A stretch of DNA of 61,820 bases, filler included, from Sphacelaria rigidula (lineage: Eukaryota): assembly GCA_964200075.2 (NCBI GenBank). It is 10 parts of 10 records of this genome, joined end to end, with 100 filler letters (N's around TTAATTAATTAA, not from the genome) between each part and the next. Parts side by side here need not be neighbours in the genome. Positions count along the whole stretch, not along the records: positions 49,537 to 55,628 come from CAXNAA020022286.1; positions 55,729 to 61,820 come from CAXNAA020022287.1; 8 more parts are not named here. One strand, 5' to 3'. The notes beneath the pieces are model-generated. The model saw only the letters and a program-made list of their open reading frames with translations. It made no database searches and was not told where the DNA came from. Positions 52,238 through 61,820 of this stretch are shown piece after piece. Both the position numbers and the translations under genes were made by a program. Every line of letters begins with the position of its first letter. The stretch's first letter is position 1.

Positions 52238-53879
52238 GGGGGGGGGGGTGTACTCATTTTGTTGCTTGCCTTAGTCGTGTGAACATTCACCACGCCTCTC
52301 TTTCGAGACGGAGCACCGTTCGTACTCCTAATAGAGACACCTTCTACATTTGGGCGTCCATCACGTTTCTTCCGCACGCTGCACAAGAACATTTTACAGA
52401 TCGTATCCCCTTCCTATTTCGCCGTCTGTGGCCACCATATATCTCCTAGCGTAGCCATTGTTTTCTCGCTAATGTCGCTCCTGTACCAAAAGAGTCCACC
52501 TTCCTTTACTTCCCGCATTTCCCCCTCTTAACACGTCCCATTCCTCCATGTATAGTTCACCTTCTGCCACTGTATAAGTTCTCTCTATTGCTTTGCCACA
52601 GGGGCAATTCTGTGCATCTACTTCCTCCACCCGACGACTGGTATACATTTTGTTCTTTCTGGCAAGCCCAAGTCTTCCACCCGAAATAGCGGCTTTAATT
52701 CTTCCACGGAGTTCATTGGGCCGTGTAGATATGTTTCCATCCCTATTCCCTTTCTCAACCCCCCGTACATCATCAGGCGCTGTTCCTCGTCCACTTTCCG
52801 TCTTAGCGCTTATTTTTCCATATTTCTATAATGTCTGTCTTTTGTCTTGTACCCCCCACTTTCGCCTATGGAAATTATGTCGTCTTGGTTTTCTCCTATG
52901 CCCTTCCATACTTTCTCGACTACGCTTTTCCACCTCATTCCACCCTGCCCTTCCGTTAGATTCTTCCATACCACCCTATCAACTACGGCTGGCAATCTTT
53001 TTCTTGGCATGATCCTTACAGTATATTGGCATTTCAATTTCTCATATCTACGTTTGTCTCAAGTGGGTAAATTCCCAACTGTGCTCTCAATGCTCCATCA
53101 CCGGTCGTTTCTGAGCATCCAAGTATTTTCTAAGCTGCTGTCATTTGTGCTGTTTCCAGTTGTTTCACGAACTTCGCGTTCCCTTCGCATACTTCTCCTG
53201 CGTATTCTAGCTTCGGTACAATTACATTCGTCAGAATGCATCTCTGAATCCTAGCGCTTAGGTGCGAGTCTCTTAAGATTACATCCATCTTGCCTATCTG
53301 TGCCTCACCTCCCCTAGTACTCCATCTATGAGTGCATCCGAAGAATAGCTTTTCAATATATTTACGCTAAAGTATGTGTACCGGTCTACGATCGGTGATT
53401 CCTTTTCTTCCTACTGCCACCTGAACTCTACCGGGTTCTCCTTATCTTCGTTACATACGAATACCCCGCATTTTTTAACGTTCGCTGTCATTCTCCATTC
53501 TTCAGTGCATTATAGCGCCTTCTCTAATCGTTTCTACCATCCTTCTGGTGTTTCTGATATCCTCACGAAATCATCTGCAAACGTAAATCCCAATACCGTA
53601 TCTTCCCTCACCTTGGCTCCTTGCTTTCCTGCCTCTATTGCTATTACCATGTCATGAATAAATACGCTGGATAAAGTAGGTGATGAGTACATCCTTGCGC
53701 AAGTCCTTGCAAAATATCAACATACTTCGATATTTCCTCGTATAGCATCATTGCACTTCTAGCACATCTTGTCACATTCTTCACTATTCTCCACACGTTT
53801 CCTCGTATCCCAGTTTACAACATCATCATTTTCCACAGCCCATTTCTCCAAAGTGTGCCATAGATCTTCTATACGTCTA
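52238..53879 (-). mobile_element. Degenerate non-LTR retrotransposon (LINE), 3' portion: RT C-terminal half through to the oligo(C) tail
   Basis: Minus strand GLAQGC (~53690-53708) and GFTFADDF (~53567-53592); continues to the family D1 end AAATGAGTACA-C11 at 52238-52260. Confidence 0.8.
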
Positions 53880-53883
53880 AAAA

Positions 53884-54135
53884 TAGACGTACAGAAGGCC
53901 TATGACACAGTGTGGAGAAATGAGCTGTGGGAAAAGATGTGGGAAACTTGGATCAGAGGAAAGATGTTGAGAACGGTGAAAAGGGCGGCAGAATATGCAA
54001 GAAACGTACAGAAGGCCTAAGACAGTGTGGAGAAATGGGCTGGGGGAGAAGATGTGAAAAACTGGTATGAGAGGGAAAATGTGGAGATTGGTGGAAAAGA
54101 TTTCAGAATGTGCGAGAAGTGCGAGGATGCGTGTT
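53884..54135 (+). pseudogene. Two tandem LINE RT fragments, inverted relative to the main copy
   Basis: DVQKAYDTVWRNELWEKMWETWIRGKM from 53884; second copy from ~54003. Confidence 0.8.
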
Positions 54136-55728
54136 TGGGGAGGGGGGGGGGGAGAGCGGGTTTGGAATATTCGCTTTGGGCAAGAGAGACAACGCCTACG
54201 TACAAAACTGGGGGGGGGGGGGGGTTTGGGCCCGCAACACTTTTCTTTCTTGACAGTAATTGTCTTCATACTGCTGGGAGATCTTTATTAACGTTGTTNN
54301 NNNNNNNNGGGGGGGGGGGGGGGGGGGGGGGTGGGGGTTTGGGGTATGGGGGGGGGGGGAAAGAGGAACGCGGACGAGGGAAAGGGGGGGGGGGGGGGGG
54401 GGTCTGGGCCCGCAACACTGTTCATGCATGACAGTAACTGACTTCATACGCCTTGGAGATCATTATCAACGGTGATCGCGCCACCAGTGCATATAATATG
54501 GTATGCACGGAGGTGTGCGGGGTGCCGCAATCGGGCCTTCACGTGATCATCGGCAAACAGCTGAGACAAAAATCTCGACCCGCCTGCTCAACCATAGACC
54601 TGAAAATGCTGCAGATATTCCAGGCCAAGATCTAAAACTCACGATCGAGTCGGAGCCCACCCGGCAAACTGACGGCCATCCACGCCTACAGTGGTCATTC
54701 TTCAAAACAACGCGGGGCTGTCAAGCGGCTATCTGCCTACTGGAAGTCTCAAGGACCAAGATACGTGCAGGCGGTGAGTCTAGTCGCTGGAGTGGCTGTA
54801 AACGTTGCTGTACCAACTTGTTGTGCGATGAAACCATATGTTAAACGAGGTTGGAGGTATGGATGCCTGGAAAACAACTTGATAACGCCACGGCAGAAGA
54901 AAAAAAGGTCTTGTTGTCCCGGAAAGCTGGAGGAGGGAAAGAGGGATAGGGATACGATGCACGGTAGAAAATTATGAGCCCTCTTGCCCCGAACGATATC
55001 TTGTTGGCCCGAACCTAGCATCACGCGGGAGCGTTACTAGACCAACCCTTATGAGCACGATGATCAGACCACAATGAATTAGAAAGTCCGCGCTTTTTTT
55101 TTTCTTGTTAATGGCCAGCTCACTCCCGAAAGATGAAACTGGAGAGTATGTGACTGTTGCAAATCATAAGACTCCTTATTTTGTAAAAGGCTACAAGAAC
55201 CTGGGACTCATCTGCTTATGAGGGCAAGAGCCGCCCGGATTTTTCGCAAGCGTCTAGACACGAGCAAGAATAGGGCAAGTCTGCACCACTCAAGGTCGGA
55301 GTGCCCAGCAAACGTCTACGCTTGTCGATTATGTTGTACCACACCATTCATGGCACAACAAGCACAGCAATAGCCCCCACGGGACCCAAAATGTGAATGA
55401 CCGAGCGAGATAGTGGCCCGCTCCACCCTGGACTCGGCATGAGAGGTGAAGGGAGGGGAACGTAATACGAGAGATGAAACCCCGTCGTCTCATCATGTCC
55501 ATCGTTGGCTCCTTTTCTCGCCTTGGACACTTTCTACGATAGTCCCCCCCCCAAACCAGCTAAAAGTGTCACGAAAAAACTGGCCATACAACGCCTGATG
55601 TTCGGGTTCAAGCTGGCATGAAGCGCCTNNNNNNNNNNNNNNNNNNNNNNNNNNNNNNNNNNNNNNNNNNNNTTAATTAATTAANNNNNNNNNNNNNNNN
55701 NNNNNNNNNNNNNNNNNNNNNNNNNNNN

Positions 55729-55754
55729 CCCCCCTCCCTATCGTAGGATGACTC
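55729..55754. mobile_element. Family A MITE terminal inverted repeat
   Basis: CCCCCCTCCCTATCGTAGGATGACTC. Confidence 0.8.
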
Positions 55755-56040
55755 AAATGAAAGAATCTTCGAGCAAGATACTGTATTTCGACACCTCTTG
55801 CGTCAAGCGAATGTTTGAGTGCGTTTGAGCCTGAGCCCAGAACGTTGTTTGTTACCATTAGGCCGACGCCGTCGTGGATGCTACACACTGACATTGCTTC
55901 TCATCGTTGGTGTATACGAAAACGTACCTAACGCAATTTTTTCACCCCCCCCCTTAATCATTCCACATCCCACACCAAACCATGCTCACCATCTCTGTCC
56001 TAGACGTGGGGTTCACCGCAGCAGTTGTCGTCACAGCATC

Positions 56041-57086
56041 ATGGATGCGTTCGCTATGACCATGCAGAGAGTGGCATCAACGACAGCACAAAGTCCAGTC
56101 GCTCCTCTCTCGGCAACAGCATCTGCCGCCGCTGCTGCCTTTCGAAGCAGTACCAGCTACACCACCAATCCCATCATCCACCCAGGTCCGAGCCCGACAG
56201 GAGCAGTTGACGACGGCAGCAACGTAGACGATTTCTTATTCGAGGGAGTGGAAGATGCACTGTTCTTCGAAGAACTCAACGCAACCGACGCATTTGCTTC
56301 GCCTATCCAAGAATCATCATCACTATCCGCCACATCAACCTATAAAAGTCACCCAGCTGTCGGAGACCCTGCGTCTCCCTTATTACCCATCCGCGACCTC
56401 GCTCCGATTTCGCTGTTCCCTGCAAATGCGAGTACAACGAGCACAAGCACGCACGCCACGGTAGCCCCGGCCTTCGAGAACACTGCTGTACATGCACACC
56501 TCGCGGGCGGCAATCATCATCGCACGGCTACTCCAACTTCATCGGCAGCTACAATCAACCTACCCGGACACCCTCCTTTCGCCTACGGCTATAAGCAAGC
56601 GCCGCCAGTCAGTAGCGCGGCGACCAAGAGTAGCGCCTCCACCGGAACGATGACATTCCAACGACCGAATTCGCCCATGACGGCATTCATAAATCCTCAA
56701 TCAAGGCGCCTTGTTGTCGCCGCTGCTGCCGCCACCCCCGGCGGGTCTCTCGACACAGACCACCAGACAGTGTGTATGCTCGTAGTGAGCGGCAGCGGTT
56801 ATACTCGCCCCACAGTGGCAAACCCATCTTCGATAAGCCGAAGGTCGCATCTTGTCGCGGGGGGCAGTGGCGGCGCTGGTGCAGGAGGGGTGTCGAGCTT
56901 GATCTCCAGCTTAACTCTCGAGCTTGCACGGTTCGGTCTGAAGCCGGAGATAGACCACGTTGTCTCGGGGGAGCGTGCAGTGCAACGAGTGAAGGCGTTG
57001 GCCCGTCATGGGCTGCGATATCGCATGGTGGTGCTGGAGGTGGAAGGTTCGCTGGATAGGGCTGCAACGACAGCGAGGGAAGTCAG
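56041..57086 (+). CDS. Exon 1 of a Ser/Thr/Ala/Pro-rich protein with an atypical (pseudo-)receiver domain
   Basis: ATG at 56041; long ORF ending LELARFGLKPEIDHVVSGERAVQRV...YRMVVLEVEGSLDRAATTAREVR; AG|GT phase-2 donor. Confidence 0.75.
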
Positions 57087-57516
57087 GTGTGTGCAGATAT
57101 ATACTACCACCGAGGCGAGACGTCGTGACCCATACAGTTAGATGGAAAGAAGTGCACAACCGGTGATCTATCTGCTTCTCGAAAGCAAGCGTTTCGGTGT
57201 CCACGGAGCAGGTGCCCGCACTGACTGCATCAGCGTTCGATCGTAGCCGCAGCATTGGTAGCACTTCATTTTCAAGTGCTTTTTGTGCCAGACACGAGCT
57301 CGCTGCGAACAAAACCCACTTGCACGGAATGGAGACGCAGTGCAGCCCCTAGACTACTTACCAGTCCAGTCGCCCCTGCAATAGTACCGCTACGCCATGA
57401 TCTCACGATCACACGTTATACCTGTGCTGGCAACAACAAAAATGCGGTAGAGCCCTGCGTACGCGAAAAAGCGCGACCCTCCCCCCTCGCCCCCTCGACT
57501 CGAATTTGCCGCACAG

Positions 57517-58098
57517 GGCCGCCAATCCGACAGCGCCCATCATAGCCATCGCTGCAGCGCACATACTCCAGGAAACGATCGCTGCGGCGAGTCATCACCA
57601 CTATAATTTGAGCAAACGCGGTGCCGGCATCGGGCCCGGTGACGCAGGCAGCTCTACAACCAACATCAACTGGGAAGCCAGGATACACGGCGAGCTGGTG
57701 CGCTATTTCAGTGAGTACCTCACCATGCCGGTGCCTCGTACCAGCGTCCGCGGGCTCGTGGAGCGATGGCTGTCACCTCACCCGACAAGCAATAACGCCG
57801 GGAATATTTGGACACAACCGACGGGTGAAGAGGGGATCGCCGTAGCAACGGGGGTCACGGTCAGGCCGGAGGCACCGTCAAATGGCGCGCGCAGCAATGA
57901 TGCGTTAAGAATACGCTTACCGGTTTCGCGGGCGACGATCCCGGTCACTACACTCGGGGGCCAAGGATCGGCGCCGTTTTTGGGCGGTGCTGGTCATGGA
58001 TCCATGGTCGGGACGCTGTCGCCTTTCTCGAGCCCGATCGGTTGGGTGGGAACGCCCAGTGATGGCACGGGGCGCAGCAAGAGTTACCACGACATGAG
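57517..58098 (+). CDS. Exon 2 of the pseudo-receiver protein; 3' boundary uncertain (58098 or 58190)
   Basis: GCACAG|G acceptor is in phase with exon 1; PIIAIAA and FSEYLTMPVPRTSVRGLVERWL match receiver beta4 and beta5-alpha5. Confidence 0.7.
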
Positions 58099-59649
58099 GT
58101 ATTCGATACAATCTTGCATTGCCGGCGCCTTATCGAGCTGTTTGTGTTGCGATATATGTTTCTCTACGCTTCTTATCGTCCAAGCTTTCAGGTAAGACTC
58201 AAAACAATCGAGCGAAACCTTATTGCAGTTTTCTCGAGATCTGGGGGGCCACGCTCGGCCCCGTTGTAGTGGGTGTTGGGCCCCTGATCGTAGGAGGTTT
58301 TGAGTCCTGATTATAATGGGTGCTCGACCCTGATTGTTGTAGCGTTAGGGCACCCGTATCTTTCGGGATTATTTATTTGTTGTGTTACAATGAGAGGCCT
58401 TCAGTGCGGGGTAGGCACTCTGTACATGTTTCCGGTTGAAGACTCGTGTTTCTCTTCTCCACCCGTCTATCCTGCAGCGCGGAACGTCCGGCACGACGGA
58501 CCGAAGCTAGGAATCACCCAAAGCAAGAGTTTCGCTGAACTGACGACAGCATAGGCATCAAAATTGGCATCATTATTTCGCCATAGCAGAATGAATACAA
58601 ATAGTAAGACATGTATATTGACATCCATGTTTACTAACGCCTTGTGTCTTGTTTGCTCCAATATATCGTAGAGTGTCTCGTAAAATGCTAGGATATTCAG
58701 TACGATAACTCCCCCCCCCCCCCGCGTGCACTCCCTCATTCATAGCGCGCAAGCCGGAGCCGTCATCTAGTCTGCGGTCTGCATATATAGTCCGCATATA
58801 TTGAGTGCCTTTTTTCTTGATTTGCTGCTACACAACCGGTGTTGCACACGAGTGGGCACGTCCCGGGCCAAGTTTACGACAGACGGAATGGGGGTGGGCT
58901 TCTGCTCGTGGTTTATTGCGCACGTACCACGATAGCAGACGCCCTTGCCATACAAGAAGAAACTCTCATGTGGAACCGAAATTTGATCGTACGAGGTGGG
59001 GCGCTGCAACATGTTCAAGACATTTTTTGCACTGACTTTACTAGGACGAACCCACAGCAGTTTTCCATCTGTCGTCGTGCGTTCTGTTTCGATACACTGC
59101 CTACCTCCGCTTTTTGTGACTTTGTACTAGAACGCCTATTCTACCACAAAATCTGCGGCTGTGCTGGTTCCTCAGCATAGCGCCCGTCCCGTGCACTTGG
59201 CACAAAGCAGGGGTTCCGAAGCCACAAACTATCAGAATGGAGCGTTTGAGGTTGCGTACAATTATCCTTGATTCGTAGTAAAAGTCAGAACATTTCCCCG
59301 AAGAAGTGCCGCCAAGTAGCCCCGATTCCAGCTGGAAAACTGCCCTTGAACCACTCAAACAGCTCCAGTTCGTGTGAGTCAATTCCTCGTCTTATAAGAG
59401 TTCATCTCATGTCTAACCGTTTTGTTGGAAGATCCATCTACATCCAGCGAAACGGCCGTTCGTAACATGGCCACCGCTAACCATTGATTTCCCGAGGCTA
59501 ACAATAACGCCGCCATCAAACGCTGCCAGAGCATCGCAAACTCTGAAAAACGCTACGCGATCGATCAGCGGTGTGCAAGTTTGCAAGATTCACATAACCA
59601 ATTACATTTATATTGCATGGCGTCATTACATGATTCACCTCTTCTCAGT

Positions 59650-59970
59650 GATGGTGGCGCTTCCTACGCCCCTCGAGACCCCGACGTGGCGAGGTCTACA
59701 CCAAAACACGGCAACGACGGCAACGACGGCCACGACGGCGGCGGTGTCGGCGTCGCTGTCGCTGGGGGCGGTGCTGGGCTCTTTACCGCCCGAAAGGAGA
59801 GGGTGTTCGGCGGGACGGCTGCGGATCGGTCGCTGCCGTGCAAGCTGTTCTCTCGCGCGTTCGACAAAGCCAACGAGGAATTCGAAGAACGGGAGTTCGA
59901 CTTCGTGTTCAGGCATGGCACGCTTGTGCTCAGGGTGGAGGAAGACCGTTTCGGCAGAGTTTCCCCCATC
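59650..59970 (+). CDS. Probable internal exon of an unknown protein
   Basis: CTTCTCAG| acceptor; GC-rich open frame (...LPCKLFSRAFDKANEEFEEREFDFVFRHGTLVLRVEEDRFGRVSPI); |GTGAGA donor. Confidence 0.55.
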
Positions 59971-60455
59971 GTGAGAATCACGGGATACTCTTTCGTCTTG
60001 GCTCGGACGGTGCAGTCAGAGTCAGTGTCTATACGTAAGGGGTTATACGAGGGAAGGTCCTCGAACATACGGTATCGACCCTGTAGTCTACCTCCATACA
60101 GAACCTTTCTTGGTGCGACACGGCATTTTCCGATCATACGTCTTTGTATGGGGAGGGGTGCCGCTGTTTTGGATAGCAGGTTATGGCAGGCATAGATGCG
60201 CTAGCTCTTGTCGGCTTGTCAACAGGCACTGTACCTTTCATGGGCCCACGTACCGTTGGTGAGCATCACTTCGCCAGTGACGATGCGGTTGGTATACAGC
60301 TGTTCGTTGTTTCTTCCATCATCAACAGTTGCTAGCGTTCGGTGTCATGAGCCTTTTCTCACTGGTTGTCCACATTTTCCCATGCCGTATGAGCCGGACG
60401 TTAGCATTTGGCACCGTGCGTCCCCAATCACTTTTTAGATATGAACGGCTATTCC

Positions 60456-60870
60456 GAAGATATTATCTTCGAACATGAGGTTGGACGTCAAGATCGGGTT
60501 CAGCTCCAAAACAGTGCTTTCCCTGAAGTAAAGGCATGAGTAATGACTCTCATATGAACGACTTTATGCCCCCCGACCTCCCTGAAACTGTTTTTGGGAT
60601 TTCCCCCGCTTCCACTCCCCCAGAGAGTATGTTCCAAAGCACCATTCTCAGGCTGAAATCGTCTCTTTTTTCACCTCAAAATCGAGGGGGGAAAAGTGCT
60701 TTTGCACATACCCTTCGGGGGAAGAGAAGACGGAAACTTAGGGAGGTCGAGGGGCGTGAGGTCGTTCATGGTATATCCTTTGTCATGACTTCAGGTCAGA
60801 GAAAGCACTGTTTTGGAGTCAAACCTCATTTTGATGTTCACAATCATTGTCGAAAATGATATGTCTTCTA
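60456..60870. mobile_element. Old fold-back/MITE element with ~110-bp imperfect inverted arms; another arm at ~61745-61820
   Basis: CTCCAAAACAGTGCTTTCCCTGA (60505) pairs with TCAGAGAAAGCACTGTTTTGGAG (60796); AAAAGCCGTGCTTTCCCTGACC occurs at ~61770. Confidence 0.65.
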
Positions 60871-61418
60871 CAGTATGCGCAGCGGGTCCGTTCCCAAAAC
60901 TGTGCAAAGGGGTGGACTCCCCCCGTGTGACGCTATTTTTTTGTCTGGAAGCAACTAGGTTTGATCTCGTGCAGGTTCCCATCGTTTGGACGAGAGGTAA
61001 GCAGGAATGAAACTCTACAATACCGCAAAACAGTAAATAAGTTTTGGGTCACACGTCTCGTCTATTAATCCTTCTTTTACTTTGGCTGGGCAGTCACCGT
61101 TGCCGTCAGAATAATGGCATAATTTGGCGAGGTAAATGCCGCAGCGATGCATACTTGTTATCACGTCCAAGACAACACAAAATAGCTCAGCCCGCAACAA
61201 CGCACGCTGTTTTCACCACCGAGCACTAGGGGTGATGCAAAACGCTACATATTGAGCACCTGTCGCCCTACCCCCATTCCGAATGTGATGCAGGCGTGAC
61301 TACGTTCACCTCACACCAGACACGATTCAGAGTTGCCTGATATCATGCAGCATTATTGATTCTTTTTCAGGTATTTATTTCACACCTGCTTTTACGTGTG
61401 CGCTGTCGGATGACAAAG

Positions 61419-61508
61419 GTGTGCGGCGCGTGCGAGTACGCCATGGAGCATCTCGGAGAGGTTAGAGGCAAGCCGCTGCAGGTGCGCCGCTACCAAGTAT
61501 CCAACAAG
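61419..61508 (+). CDS. Possible next exon of the unknown protein (VCGACEYAMEHLGEVRGKPLQVRRYQVSNK)
   Basis: AAAG| acceptor and AAG|GTAC donor; phase 0, compatible with the previous exon. Confidence 0.4.
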
Positions 61509-61820
61509 GTACCCGTAGTGCACTCGAGACCCCACGTTCAGGGTTGGCCCATTGCGCACCACGGAGGTCGGCCTTGCAGTCCGTGTTGCATTCTTCGCGC
61601 ACCTCTCGCCTCCACCGAGTGAGTATTTCCTCGTGTACAGGCTCAAGAATAGCGGAAAACCATGCTCCGCAAGTGAGTGGAACACGCAAGTACTAATTGT
61701 GGTAGTATCGCTTATTATTGACAGTGGATTCTCGAAAATGGGATTGAAAAAAAAAATGAGGCTCAACTCAAAAGCCGTGCTTTCCCTGACCTAAATGCAT
61801 GATAAATGGCTTTCATATGG

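Noticed and set aside
6093..55728. Exact 6192-bp periodicity with a TTAATTAATTAA palindrome
   Set aside because: Artefact of concatenating equal-length contigs; it is not an array, and cross-contig gene neighbourhoods are meaningless.

Overview
This window is not one locus. It consists of ten unrelated 6,092-bp contigs joined by artificial 100-bp spacers (N44-TTAATTAATTAA-N44): 1-6092, 6193-12284, 12385-18476, 18577-24668, 24769-30860, 30961-37052, 37153-43244, 43345-49436, 49537-55628 and 55729-61820. The DNA is intron-rich and repeat-rich eukaryotic sequence. It is most likely a brown alga or other stramenopile, inferred from 72-bp single-LRR exons, TTAGGG repeats and the TE types. Mobile DNA dominates: three decayed Gypsy elements (one chromodomain-bearing, with LTR-like direct repeats), one Copia element with a 3' LTR, a LINE remnant, and three non-autonomous DNA transposon families with readable TIRs and TSDs (Harbinger-like, Sola-like, and a TGT...ACA MITE carrying telomeric repeats). 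Host gene pieces are: an M23 peptidase terminal exon, a complete two-exon MSS51/ZMYND15 C-terminal-domain gene, two 72-bp LRR exons, a molybdenum cofactor sulfurase exon, a pseudo-receiver-domain gene and exons of an unknown protein. The most interesting signals are a retroposon family whose 3' ends terminate in oligo(C), the telomere-repeat MITE, the modular LRR exons and the atypical receiver protein. I found no convincing multi-gene novel system, and gene neighbourhoods across spacers have no biological meaning.
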